From the IMG/VR virus record IMGVR_UViG_3300050034_000403, positions 1 through 64,000 of that record: a stretch of DNA of 64,000 bases; one strand, written 5' to 3'. A program made the translations under genes and the position numbers. This DNA is from a virus. The number at the start of each line of letters is the position of its first letter. The first letter of the stretch is position 1. Below are positions 19,612 to 29,868 of this stretch, piece by piece. Under the pieces are notes generated by a model, which made no database searches, was not told the DNA's origin, and was given only the letters and a program-made list of their open reading frames with translations.

Positions 19612-19869
19612 CTACGAGTTGATGTGCAAGCTGTTTGCGCCATCCACAGGAACGACTGCTTCTGGTTGTCCTTTGCGATACCAGGCGTAAAGCGCAATTG
19701 CCGCAACAACAACTTTTTCTGCCCATCCAGGCAACGCGTGGTAGAGTTCAACAACCAAAGCGTGGAATGGCGGGACAAAGTAAAATCCGCTGGTCAAAAA
19801 GGCAATGGCGACAACCACGCTGTGCGTCGTAATGTTGTAGGAAGCTAACCAGTTTTTGATGCTGCTCAT
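19612..19869 (-). CDS. Putative holin (2 TM)
   Basis: Two hydrophobic helices, GGAGG SD, next to amidase. Confidence 0.5.
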   Translation of the reverse strand: MSSIKNWLASYNITTHSVVVAIAFLTSGFYFVPPFHALVVELYHALPGWAEKVVVAAIALYAWYRKGQPEAVVPVDGANSLHINS

Positions 19870-20076
19870 AAGTCCCTCCAAAGCACTTTCTTTGACTTCG
19901 AACGGCAGTACGGGCACGGAAATGTTCCAGCAATTGTGCTGATCTTGCCTCTGCCCCCGCAGTGCGGGCAACCGAAAATCAGAATGCGTAATTTATTCCA
20001 CCAAGCCATTGCGCTCTCACCTTCACGTTGCTCGAATCCATGTTGACGGCTTCTGTTTCAGCGGTCAACGCTAAAA

Positions 20077-20454
20077 TCACTTCGAATTTTTGTTAGTTTC
20101 CTTGCTTGAATTTTTGTCAGTTGAAGAGTCTTTTTGCGGATTTTTTTGCGCATCCGCAACCAGCAAAGATAGAACTCTCGCTTGAGAGTTTTGCTCAAGA
20201 GCTGCCCGGGGATGATCGCGGTAATAGTCCTCGACCACGACCTTGGCAGCGGGAACAACAACTCCAAGAGCCCAGATAGCAGTAGCCAAAAAAGCAGTCC
20301 ACACAATGCCCAAAACCCAAGAAGCACCGTACATAAAACTGATCTTGCGATTAATGCTTATCTGAAATCGCAGAAGGCTATTTACGCCTTTTTCGACGAC
20401 GACTAAACGGTCATTGTGATTGGTAAGTTCTCTTGCCATTTCTTCGTTTGTCAT
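20077..20454 (-). CDS. Membrane protein, coiled coil + TM (holin/antiholin-like)
   Basis: RLVVVEK coiled coil then long hydrophobic segment; GGGAGG SD. Confidence 0.5.
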   Translation of the reverse strand: MTNEEMARELTNHNDRLVVVEKGVNSLLRFQISINRKISFMYGASWVLGIVWTAFLATAIWALGVVVPAAKVVVEDYYRDHPRAALEQNSQARVLSLLVADAQKNPQKDSSTDKNSSKETNKNSK

Positions 20455-20466
20455 TGCCGCCTCCCG

Positions 20467-21477
20467 CTAGTAGGTTTCAAAAACTCCGTTGTCTTGCGAT
20501 GCATAGGTCGGGGTCCCGACTGAATAAACCGCTACGGCGTTACCCGTGTTCAAAGTTACATACAGACGATCGTTTGTGGGATAGTAGACTGCAAGGAATG
20601 GCTCACCGGCTCTCGACGTGGAGGACAGCACTGTATTCCTTAGTCCGTCAACAGTCGAGATCGTGAGCGCTGCTCCGTTTGCAGTATAAATAAGATTTGA
20701 TTGGCCATTGATCGCGCTTCCTATATTTCGCGGATTACCACTGGTTGCGACTGATATAGCTGTGACTATTGAATTCGTAAGCGTGTTGATGACAATCAAA
20801 TATCCTGCCAAAGTGGCAGAGACATACAGCCTGTCTGTCGTCGAGTTGAAAGACAACCCCTCTAAGTACGCATACGTTGTCGTTATCGTGGTCGACACGG
20901 CATTTGTAGAAGCATCAATTACATCCACATGTGAAGCGCTGCTTGAGGCTTGAGATACATAAACCACCCCAAGGCTTTCGTTAAATAAGACCTCATAAGG
21001 GTCAGCGAAAGTTGAAATCGTGGCAGAAAGGGTGTTTGTTGAAGTGTTGATTACACTTACCGATGACGAGCCATAATTTGCGACAAAAAGCTTTGCATCG
21101 CTCGCATCAAATGCCAAGCCAACAGGGTTAGTCCCTACCGTCACCGTTGTGGTGATAGTGTTGGTGGCACCATCCACCACGGACACCTTCGCACCAGTGT
21201 AGTTGGTGACATATAAGATGTTTGCGCTGGTATCTATAACGATGGAGCGCGGCCCGGAAAATCCGGTGATCGTCGCGGTCACAGCGTCAGTCGATATGTC
21301 TATCACCGAGACGGTAGTTCCTCCCTCGTTGGCAACATACATAAGCCCAGTCGTCGGATTGATCGCAATGCCCTGCGGGTCTGATCCGACAGCGATGGTC
21401 GTTATCAGTGTCAATGCAGCTTCCGAGCGGGATGCCAGCATCAAAGCGAGAATCATAAGCGCGAAGATTTTCTTCAT
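20467..21477 (-). CDS. Secreted YVTN/YncE beta-propeller protein
   Basis: MKKIFALMILALMLASRSEA signal; repeated YV(A/T)N..G..VSVID..TN.VT.TI. Confidence 0.85.
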   Translation of the reverse strand: MKKIFALMILALMLASRSEAALTLITTIAVGSDPQGIAINPTTGLMYVANEGGTTVSVIDISTDAVTATITGFSGPRSIVIDTSANILYVTNYTGAKVSVVDGATNTITTTVTVGTNPVGLAFDASDAKLFVANYGSSSVSVINTSTNTLSATISTFADPYEVLFNESLGVVYVSQASSSASHVDVIDASTNAVSTTITTTYAYLEGLSFNSTTDRLYVSATLAGYLIVINTLTNSIVTAISVATSGNPRNIGSAINGQSNLIYTANGAALTISTVDGLRNTVLSSTSRAGEPFLAVYYPTNDRLYVTLNTGNAVAVYSVGTPTYASQDNGVFETY

Positions 21478-21484
21478 AATTCTC

Positions 21485-24400
21485 CTAGTTGTGCGTCCCG
21501 TAAATGGAAACTGCGACGTTGCCAAACGTAGTGTCTGCCGTGGCCGGCGCGACGATGTACAGCCCATTGCTTGCCACGCCAGAGAGAGTAATCGCGGACG
21601 AGCATGTGAATGTCCCCACCGTGCCGCTCGCCGCGAACACGATAGTCCCTACCACACTGCAAGATGAGAATCCAGAAGTGCATTGCGTGATCGACAAGGT
21701 TGTTGAAGCCGTTGCCGCCGTTGCTGCCACGGCACGACTATTCGTGCAGCCAGATGGAATGGTGATGATCTGATCTGCGGATGGCAGGAAATAGCCAAAC
21801 ACTTGTCCGGCCGCCAACGGTGCCCCGTTGTAACCCAGATGGATCACATCACGCGCCGATGTCGCAGCCGCGCATGAGCTTCCAGTGTTGGTGATGTTGC
21901 CGCTGGCATCAATCTGAAGGCAATAGTCACCGCTGGTTGCCGCTGCGCCCGTATCCACCAATGAGGTTGCCGTGGCTGCACCAATGTTCGGCGTGACCAA
22001 TGTCGGGCTGGTTGCTCGCACAATCGCTCCAGTGCCTGTTGGCGTTGTGGCCCACACTGCCGTGAGTGTTCCTGTCGTCGTAACAGGCGAATTGCTCACC
22101 GTAAAGTCACTTGGGAGGCTCAATCCAACACTGGACACTGTCCCCGTTCCGCCAGAGCCTCCCGAGTCACCCAAGTCGCCGCTGCTCGTCCATGTCACAA
22201 GATGGCCCGAGGTCCCTTTTACCGAGGCGGTTGCAAGCAAATCTCCCGTGCCCGTTCCATTGATGCCGAACGCCAGTGTTCCGCTCGTAGTGATCGGGCT
22301 TCCAGAAATTGTCATCTGTGCCGGCACCGTAACTGCCACGCTGGTCACAGTTCCCGATTGGCAAGCCAAAGAAGCGCTAACCAGCACGCCACCAGTGGTA
22401 GCTTGCACGCAATTGCCTGCCGTCAGGCTTCCCAACGCAATCGTATAGCTGCTACCAACAATTACGTCCCCATTGAATGTCTGTGCTCCCGTCCAACTTT
22501 GCGCTACATCCAGGTAAGCTACATCGGTTGGCAGATCACTAGAACCGATTGCCTCAAACGCAGGAGTCGCAGTAGCCGATGTATTGTTGCCGAAGAAGGT
22601 ATGCGCTGCCGCGGTGGACAGAGTAAAGGTCAAGGCTGGAGTGGTTGTTGGGTTCGTGACGGTAGTCGTGAAAAGTGGTGACAGGTTACCCGCACTAAAG
22701 GTTGATACCGTTCCACCAGCTTCCGTACCGCAGTTCTGTCCGTTGCTCAAAACGTTGCCCGAAGAATCTGCATACAAGCATCCGGTCAAGCCCGTTAGCT
22801 GTGCGCTTGGAAGAACAACTGTGTGAGAACTGACTCCCGTTCCCGTGTCTGCAAAAGAGAACACAAGATTGTTTGCCGGCGTTGTTCCGGTTCCAATCGT
22901 GGTCGCGATTGTCCACTTGGGCGTTTGTACTGCGCTGCTCGCGTCATAGTAGCTTGAGTTAAAATTCAAGTTGTTGCTGGCATAGTTATTGCTGGAAGTC
23001 GCCGTATTCAGAGCCGATAGGGTGGCTGTGCTGTCAAAGTTGGTGGTGTTCATGGTGGCTGTGCCGCCAACATTCAACGCACCATTCAGAATGGTTGTTC
23101 CTTCAACCGTCAGACTGTTATTGAGGTGAGTCGTCCCGCCAGTAACGTAGAATTCCTGGCCGCTTGGAATCGTTAACTCAAGGACATTGACCAACACACT
23201 GTTCTCGGTAATCTGAGTGCCTGTGAATGTTCCATCGAGCGTTGGAACGGAGGAATAGATTTTGAGGCTATTCTGAAAGTCCGTCACGCCTTGGAAGGTG
23301 TTTGTCCCCGTAAAGGTCTGGCTAGACAGCAAGAATGCAGCGCTATCCGTCGAGCAGTAGGCATTCCCGGCTGCAGTAATGCCGTAGGACACATGGTTCA
23401 GACTGCAATCTGTCGGTGTCGTCGCCAACGCAGTTGCCGTCGCGGCGTTGCCAGATGTGCTGGCCGTAAGCGTGGTCGGCAGATCGGCGTTTACAATTGC
23501 GCGAAAAGTGGGTATTGCCGCTGATCCACTGGCCGGCCCAGCAAATACAGTGTTCGCCGTCTCTGTGGCCAAAGTAATCGCAAATGTCCCAGTCGTTGTG
23601 ATGGGACTGCCCGTGACAGATAAAATGGACGGCACAGTCAACGCCACCGATGTGACAGAACCTCCCGTGCAGGTCTGGTAGCTCGTCCCCGTGCCCGTGG
23701 AAATCAGGCACTGGCCACTCGTGCCATAGCTTCCGCTGATTTCAAATCCAGTGGTAGCGTTGAAGACCGGGGCCGTCTGGGTGCCGGTGAAGGTGTTGGC
23801 CGTAGCCAGCCCTGCCGCGCCCAAGTTGGTCAAAGCAACCGCAGCAGTTGTGGCGCCTGTTCCGCCGTTGGCAATCGCGACCGTGCCCGTAAGTGTCCCC
23901 GCCGAACCGGTAGTGTTACTCGTGATATTTGCAGGGATGTCTGCGGCCACAAGTGCGCGGAAAGTAGGCGTGCCGGCACTGCCAGACCCTGGCCCTGCAA
24001 ACACGGTGTTGATTGCCTCTGAGGCCAGGGTCATCGTCAGGGTGCCCGAGGACGTAACCGGGCTATTGGTCACCGTGAAGATGCTCGGAGCCGACAAGCC
24101 AACGCTCGTCACCGATCCCGCCGCCACACAAACTGCATCGCCATACGCGTCAATGCCTGTGGCATATTCTCCGCTGCACAGCGTTGGAGCAGTGCTAAAC
24201 AGCGGGGATGGCATATCTGTCGCTGTCAAGACGCGGAAGGTGGGTACAGCAGCCGAACCCGATACTGGGCCGGCAAAAAACGTTTTGGCGGTTTCAGTGT
24301 TCAGCGTCAGGGCCAAAGTCCCAGATCCTGTAACTGGACTATCCGACACGGTGAAGATGTCGGGTGCCGACAGACCCACACTTGTCACCACACCAGACGA

Positions 24401-26131
24401 AATGCAGACAGCATTGCCGCTCGAATCAATGCCAATGGAGAATTGGTCTACGCACTGTGTCGGAGTGGTTTTGAACACCACAGAGGGCATGTCCGCGGTC
24501 GTTAAATCTCGGAAGATGTCGGTGTAGCAAGTCCCAGTAGTGCAGGTGTAAGACTCCGAGGTCAGGAAGGCGTGGGTATCTGTGGTCGTAGGCAGATCGG
24601 CCAAAACCAAGTCCCGATACTCCGCAGCGTAGCAGGTGTCGACTCCACCCGTACCGCAAGAGTATGAGCGGGAGGTCAGGAAGGCGTTCAGATCCGAGGA
24701 TGTGGGCAGATCAAGAAGCACCATATCGCGGAAGGTCGGAGCCACCGCCGTTGTTCCCGAGGCAGGGCCTGCGTAGATCACGTTGGGATTTTCCACATCC
24801 GCCGAAATGGTAATCACGCCCGAACTTGTGATCGGCGTATTCGATACGCTAAATCCCGTAGGAACCTCAATGCCGACACTGGTTACCGTGCCATTTTCTC
24901 CGCACCCTGCCCCTGTGGAGTTGATGGTTCCAGAAGTATCTGTGTACAAGCAGCCAGCATCGGTAGATCCCAGTGCAACAATCGAGAGCGAGTTCGACAA
25001 TTGCAGTGTCTTGGCGGTCATGTCTCCCGTTGCATCCAACGTGGCAGACGACGCGCTCAGAATCATGCCACTGGGCGACACAGAATAGTACGGCATCGCA
25101 TGTACTGTGCCCGCATCAACCTGACCCGTAATCGACACAGGGCTGATGCAGCTCAAGGTATTCACGTCGTTGAGCGTGAAGCTGGTTATAAGCTCCCCTG
25201 TTGGGCAGGTGAATGCGGACGCGGGCAACCTGGCAGCGGCCAGCGTTCCGCTTGTAATGTTGCTGGCATTCGTCGTATCCGTCGTTGCCGAGGTTGCAAG
25301 CCCAGTTACCTGCGAGGCTGTGATAGTCCCCGTGAAAATCCCAGAAAAGATAGAGCTGGAAGTTGCTGCAATGAGGTTTCCGTCGCTATCCCAGGCTACA
25401 ACGACATTTGTGCCCACCGTTCCTGACACGGTGGCCAATTCGGCAGTTGAGCCAGAATAGCTGAACGGAAAATCGGACGTGGTAAGACGGCGGAAAGTAG
25501 GAATCCCTGACGTCCCGTCTGGAGAGGCAAACACAAGGTTTTCTGATTCACTCGCTAATGTGACCGCGAACGTGCCCGCCGTTGTGATTGGCGAACCGGA
25601 AACAGAGAAAATGCTCGGCATCGTCAAGCCAACAAAGGTCACACCGCCGCTTCCGCTTCCCGTTCCGCAAGGTGACCCGGTCGACGTGAAGTTCCCATCC
25701 ACGTCGGTTCCAACGCACTCGTTGGCGACAGCGCCGGGAAAAGTAGTGGCTATGCCAGCAGAACTCGGATAAGTGCTGAGCAGCGTCACAGGAGACGGAT
25801 AGGTGTTTGGAGAAACGCCTCCGCTTAACACAATATCGTATGCTTGGGAGGACAAAGCATAGAGCAACCAGGACGCATCTTCATTTGCCGTAAACGGGTT
25901 TGTGAGTGGCGTACTGGAAGAATCCGAGTAAATTGTCGCCAGCGTGGTCGTCCCGGTAAGGTACACCGTTACCGTGCAGTAAGGAATCAGACCTTGCTGA
26001 TAGTTTGAAGAAAGCAAACCCGACACTGTAGCTTGAGACGCGCCAAGGTCGCAATATCCCGAGATGGGATCAACAGCACCCATTGCGACAGCCGGCGAGA
26101 TCAATAACAATGCAAGGATAAACTTCTTCAC
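21485..26131 (-). CDS. Long fibre/adhesin-like protein with signal peptide, repeated shaft units and Cys pairs
   Basis: MKKFILALLLISPAVAMGA; TVYLTGTTTLATIYSD...NPFTA head-binding-like domain; ~7-8 GTVTSV.L..P..F.VS.SP.T.SGT repeats. Confidence 0.7.
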   Translation of the reverse strand: MKKFILALLLISPAVAMGAVDPISGYCDLGASQATVSGLLSSNYQQGLIPYCTVTVYLTGTTTLATIYSDSSSTPLTNPFTANEDASWLLYALSSQAYDIVLSGGVSPNTYPSPVTLLSTYPSSAGIATTFPGAVANECVGTDVDGNFTSTGSPCGTGSGSGGVTFVGLTMPSIFSVSGSPITTAGTFAVTLASESENLVFASPDGTSGIPTFRRLTTSDFPFSYSGSTAELATVSGTVGTNVVVAWDSDGNLIAATSSSIFSGIFTGTITASQVTGLATSATTDTTNASNITSGTLAAARLPASAFTCPTGELITSFTLNDVNTLSCISPVSITGQVDAGTVHAMPYYSVSPSGMILSASSATLDATGDMTAKTLQLSNSLSIVALGSTDAGCLYTDTSGTINSTGAGCGENGTVTSVGIEVPTGFSVSNTPITSSGVITISADVENPNVIYAGPASGTTAVAPTFRDMVLLDLPTSSDLNAFLTSRSYSCGTGGVDTCYAAEYRDLVLADLPTTTDTHAFLTSESYTCTTGTCYTDIFRDLTTADMPSVVFKTTPTQCVDQFSIGIDSSGNAVCISSGVVTSVGLSAPDIFTVSDSPVTGSGTLALTLNTETAKTFFAGPVSGSAAVPTFRVLTATDMPSPLFSTAPTLCSGEYATGIDAYGDAVCVAAGSVTSVGLSAPSIFTVTNSPVTSSGTLTMTLASEAINTVFAGPGSGSAGTPTFRALVAADIPANITSNTTGSAGTLTGTVAIANGGTGATTAAVALTNLGAAGLATANTFTGTQTAPVFNATTGFEISGSYGTSGQCLISTGTGTSYQTCTGGSVTSVALTVPSILSVTGSPITTTGTFAITLATETANTVFAGPASGSAAIPTFRAIVNADLPTTLTASTSGNAATATALATTPTDCSLNHVSYGITAAGNAYCSTDSAAFLLSSQTFTGTNTFQGVTDFQNSLKIYSSVPTLDGTFTGTQITENSVLVNVLELTIPSGQEFYVTGGTTHLNNSLTVEGTTILNGALNVGGTATMNTTNFDSTATLSALNTATSSNNYASNNLNFNSSYYDASSAVQTPKWTIATTIGTGTTPANNLVFSFADTGTGVSSHTVVLPSAQLTGLTGCLYADSSGNVLSNGQNCGTEAGGTVSTFSAGNLSPLFTTTVTNPTTTPALTFTLSTAAAHTFFGNNTSATATPAFEAIGSSDLPTDVAYLDVAQSWTGAQTFNGDVIVGSSYTIALGSLTAGNCVQATTGGVLVSASLACQSGTVTSVAVTVPAQMTISGSPITTSGTLAFGINGTGTGDLLATASVKGTSGHLVTWTSSGDLGDSGGSGGTGTVSSVGLSLPSDFTVSNSPVTTTGTLTAVWATTPTGTGAIVRATSPTLVTPNIGAATATSLVDTGAAATSGDYCLQIDASGNITNTGSSCAAATSARDVIHLGYNGAPLAAGQVFGYFLPSADQIITIPSGCTNSRAVAATAATASTTLSITQCTSGFSSCSVVGTIVFAASGTVGTFTCSSAITLSGVASNGLYIVAPATADTTFGNVAVSIYGTHN

Positions 26132-26142
26132 GTTCTGCTCTC

Positions 26143-27600
26143 CTAGTTATGATGAAGATGGCACCACACGGTAGGCGTCACTGTTGCCGATGTTGCATTG
26201 TATCGGTCTACATTTTCAGCGTAGTCAAAGCCTGTTGTCCTCACTGTGTTGACGCCTGTTGAACTTCCCCAGCCTTCGGTCGTGTAGGTCGTGCACCCAA
26301 TGTAGTAATCTGTGTCAGCCTGTGTAGCAACAACCGGTGAAACCCCACTGAATAGTTGCGTTCCTTGGCAATCAACGCTATTTCCCCCCACGGTCAAGGT
26401 GCATCCAGTGAAGCTGAAGTAGTAGTCGGTTCCCCCCGGGTTTACGCACCCAGAATTAGTAACGGTGCCGGCTGTCGTTGTGCAAAGAGGGTTGGTAGAA
26501 GGACCGATAGCCGACAAAATCAACGTGCCAGACAGCGTAGTCGCACCGCTAACCGCCAAGCTGGTCAGAGTGCCTAAACTGGTCAACGAAGAATTCACCA
26601 CGGAGGAATTTAGCGTCGTGCCGCTCAATGTGCCTGCCGGCGCAATCACTGCATCGGTGCTTATCGCAGTAATCAGTCCTTTGCCATTCACGGTAATCGA
26701 TGGAATTGCAGTCGAGGAACCAAAGGTACCAACGTCTGTGTTTACCGTCGCCAAAGTCAACACCAAGCTACCTGCGGAATTGGTTACATCGCCCGTATGC
26801 GCAGGTTCTGCGGCAGCGGGTAATATCGAGGACAAACTCAAAACCCCATCCGTGTCATAAAGAAAACCGGTTACGGCAGTCAAGGTAGGCAAGGTAATGT
26901 TTTCCAGCGCAACAACTGTGGTTGCGCTTTGGGTCCCGATCACATCTCCGCTTAATACTCCAGAAAATCCTGGGCCTGCCAAATACACATCCGTAATTGT
27001 TACCGGCGAAGGATAGACATAAGGCAAGATTCCGCCGCTCATGGAAATGTCATATCCCATATTGTCCGCAGCATAAAACAGCCAAGAAGCATCGGTATTG
27101 GCCGTAAATGGGTTGGACAATACAGTATCGCTGGAATCCGCATAGAGCGTTGCCAACGCCGGTGTCATCGTCGCGGAAACCGATGCTGTCCCCGAGCAAG
27201 TCGCTGTCCCGCTAGAAAGCGTTGCAGTTGTCGGCGCCGTGGAATAGTCGCCACCTGAAGAAATGGTGATCGCCGCCCCGCTTCCAATCGTGTTTGTGCC
27301 CGTCAGCGTAACCGTACCGACAGCGTCTGTCGTGCCCGTCAAGAATGTAACCGTGCAAGTTTGCCCTGTGGTTCCAGTTGCTGTGCCGCCGCTTGTGTAG
27401 GAAGAGTTTTTGACGGAGTAGACGGAATCGATATACACAGTCACCGTGCAGCTCGGCACCAGGCCTTGGAAACTATTGGAAGAATTCAAGCCAGAAGTCA
27501 GCGCCTTGGTTGCGCCAAGGTCACAGTAGCCGTTCAGCGCTGTTGTCTGCGCGAATAGCGAAGTCGTGAAAAGAAAAATCGCGAATATTGTCTTTTTCAT
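26143..27600 (-). CDS. Shorter paralogous fibre-like protein with signal peptide
   Basis: MKKTIFAIFLFTTSLFAQ; N-terminal GYCDLGA...QGL.P.CTVTVY...NPFTAN.DASWL.YA shared with 21485-26131. Confidence 0.7.
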   Translation of the reverse strand: MKKTIFAIFLFTTSLFAQTTALNGYCDLGATKALTSGLNSSNSFQGLVPSCTVTVYIDSVYSVKNSSYTSGGTATGTTGQTCTVTFLTGTTDAVGTVTLTGTNTIGSGAAITISSGGDYSTAPTTATLSSGTATCSGTASVSATMTPALATLYADSSDTVLSNPFTANTDASWLFYAADNMGYDISMSGGILPYVYPSPVTITDVYLAGPGFSGVLSGDVIGTQSATTVVALENITLPTLTAVTGFLYDTDGVLSLSSILPAAAEPAHTGDVTNSAGSLVLTLATVNTDVGTFGSSTAIPSITVNGKGLITAISTDAVIAPAGTLSGTTLNSSVVNSSLTSLGTLTSLAVSGATTLSGTLILSAIGPSTNPLCTTTAGTVTNSGCVNPGGTDYYFSFTGCTLTVGGNSVDCQGTQLFSGVSPVVATQADTDYYIGCTTYTTEGWGSSTGVNTVRTTGFDYAENVDRYNATSATVTPTVWCHLHHN

Positions 27601-27606
27601 GATTCC

Positions 27607-28041
27607 TTAATAAACTCTGCGCGCTGTGAGACTTCCGTACGCCGATACCGTACCCGCCGTGAACGTTGCCTCGGCAACCAAATAAACCATCGTTGTAGAC
27701 GTGATATTGATGACCTTGCGCGGAATGGTGACCGTGGCATTAAACGTAGTTGTTGCAATCGCTGCTGGCGTTGCAAAAAATGCTTCCGTTCCATCCGTAG
27801 GAAGAGTGGCCGTTGTTGTGCTAATTCCACCTTCCCAAGCGGCGGAGATCACAAACGTAGCCGACGTAGCCATGAAGGTGATTTGTCCCGTCACATCCCA
27901 ATTGCCTACGGTAAGCTCGATTGATGCAACATCGGCTGGTGTCGCCGTAGTCAACGAAATTGCTGAATCAGAAGCGATCGATCCATCAATGGTTTTTGTT
28001 TTCACGCTTCCGTAATTTGCAACTTGGGCCAATCCGCTCAT
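27607..28041 (-). CDS. Virion structural protein (beta-rich)
   Basis: 144 aa, S..LT.G.WDV.G and L.ARR end; AAGGA context; synteny. Confidence 0.5.
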   Translation of the reverse strand: MSGLAQVANYGSVKTKTIDGSIASDSAISLTTATPADVASIELTVGNWDVTGQITFMATSATFVISAAWEGGISTTTATLPTDGTEAFFATPAAIATTTFNATVTIPRKVINITSTTMVYLVAEATFTAGTVSAYGSLTARRVY

Positions 28042-28045
28042 GCTT

Positions 28046-28423
28046 TTACCTCGTTAACAAAACAGTGATGGCTACAGCATTGGTTAACGTAACCACTTGC
28101 ACACGCACAAACTTTGCCCAGAAAGATGGCAATTCGATCCGGCCGACATAGGAAGAATTCAACCCGTCAGTCAACGTGTTGATGGTGACGTAGTGCGTAT
28201 CTTCGTCCGTATCCGCAGTTTCAACGTCCACTTCAAACGTTCCTGGATCGGCGCTAAACGCAAATTCCAGCGACATGCCCCACGGATAAAATGCACCGCG
28301 TTCCCGACGAAGCTGGTAGGCAATGCTTGCGACTCCAGCCGCTACCGTTTCGTTTTGGAAGAGAAACACTTGGCGATTCTCGTAAAGAAGCTGCGCTCTT
28401 GATGTCCCTGCATAACCGGGCAT
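28046..28423 (-). CDS. Hypothetical structural protein
   Basis: GGGGGA SD, beta-rich, in late operon. Confidence 0.55.
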   Translation of the reverse strand: MPGYAGTSRAQLLYENRQVFLFQNETVAAGVASIAYQLRRERGAFYPWGMSLEFAFSADPGTFEVDVETADTDEDTHYVTINTLTDGLNSSYVGRIELPSFWAKFVRVQVVTLTNAVAITVLLTR

Positions 28424-28425
28424 TG

Positions 28426-29439
28426 TTAATCCCCCCATCCGCCGACATTTAATTGGCCTTCGACGGTGCTGTACGGTTCACCAAATGCCGATGGGAACCG
28501 CTGCATTTTGGTGAAGTAAAGATCCACGAGGTTCTTGTCCATCACGCGGATAATTCTCAAGCGATCGCTATATTCAGCGCGCGCAGCCTGCGTGAGGAAT
28601 TGCCAGTTTGCACCGGCGCCGCGCTCCATCTCGTCGCCCTTTTGCGATTCCTTCCACAGGTAGAGCATCTCGTAGGCGCGCAGCTTCACCAGTTCTTCCG
28701 TCAGAGGAAATGGCAACGTGTCGGAGTTCTTGACCAGCGGCGGCCAATTCACTTGGCAACCAAAGGTGTACGGCAACTGCGAAATCGGATGTGGCCACAG
28801 TTCATAAAGCATCTGGCCCAATGTCGCCGATCCTGGCCGAGTATCTTGGGCATAAGGAACAACGTAGAGCGGCTCGTCGAAATCGGTTCGCTCCGCGTCT
28901 TCGTTGGCCAAATCGATCTGCGTCTTGCTCCACCAGTCCAACTGGTTGTTGTTGGTGGTGTCGCGGACGTTGTACCAGCGTTTAAAGCCAGCCGGTGCTG
29001 GATAGTAGGCCTGATAGGCCATGTAGGTGCCGTTGGTTTGCTTAGGTTCCATCCACGGTCGATCAATCGTCAGCACTACCGCAGAAGTATCCGTCGAATC
29101 CAACGAGATGATGGAGTAGAGCGAATAGTAAGGAACGCGGATCTGGTACTGCGTGATCAATGGAGGATTGGTGATCGTGGCCAGCCACGCGGCCGAGGCA
29201 ATCGCGTCACCGGTGATCGTGTTCGTGAAAGGTGTCACCGTAATCGTTCCAGGGCTAAGAAACGTGCGCGTCGGCGCACCCAACAACGACGGCGTCAGCC
29301 ATCCACCCGTCTGCAACTGGAACGACCACACGTTTTCGTTTTGAATCGTGGCATATGATTCATTGATCTTGGTTTTGACCAAGCCGAGGTTGCAACCGGG
29401 AATCCCGAGCAACTCCTGGATCATGTTGAAAAAAGCCAC
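28426..29439 (-). CDS. Head completion/connector-like protein
   Basis: 337 aa, IN..Y..I....WSF N-terminus typical of adaptors; synteny after capsid genes. Confidence 0.5.
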   Translation of the reverse strand: MAFFNMIQELLGIPGCNLGLVKTKINESYATIQNENVWSFQLQTGGWLTPSLLGAPTRTFLSPGTITVTPFTNTITGDAIASAAWLATITNPPLITQYQIRVPYYSLYSIISLDSTDTSAVVLTIDRPWMEPKQTNGTYMAYQAYYPAPAGFKRWYNVRDTTNNNQLDWWSKTQIDLANEDAERTDFDEPLYVVPYAQDTRPGSATLGQMLYELWPHPISQLPYTFGCQVNWPPLVKNSDTLPFPLTEELVKLRAYEMLYLWKESQKGDEMERGAGANWQFLTQAARAEYSDRLRIIRVMDKNLVDLYFTKMQRFPSAFGEPYSTVEGQLNVGGWGD

Positions 29440-29448
29440 GTTTCACTC

Positions 29449-29736
29449 CTACTTTCTTGAAGTCCGCTTCGCCGTTCTCTTCGTTCCACGCTTGGCACGT
29501 GTTCTGTCCGGTGCCGCAAAGCTACGAACCGTAATTTCTCTGCGGATACGGCTTTTGTTGCCTCTCGACTTGGAACGCTCTGGGCCATACAAAGCGCCAA
29601 AGCCTTTTTCTGCCTTAACGTCTTTTGTCTCCGTATAGGGACGTTTGGTGCCGGCTTCAGACAGTTGGTGATACGCGCCGCGCTTAAACCGCCGTCTGCC
29701 GTGAAGAACCAGTTCCGTATTTTTTGATTCCGCCAT
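29449..29736 (-). CDS. Small Arg/Lys-rich protein
   Basis: AGGAGG SD, highly basic 95 aa. Confidence 0.6.
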   Translation of the reverse strand: MAESKNTELVLHGRRRFKRGAYHQLSEAGTKRPYTETKDVKAEKGFGALYGPERSKSRGNKSRIRREITVRSFAAPDRTRAKRGTKRTAKRTSRK

Positions 29737-29868
29737 TTTCCCTCCTAATCGCCAGACGACAAGTTCGCATTCTGTTTACCAAGCCAAAGTTGCAACTGAA
29801 AATAATGTCTCTGACCGTGTAAAATGGAAAGCTGCTAAGATTGATTTCCACGCAAGCGAGGCTTGTTT

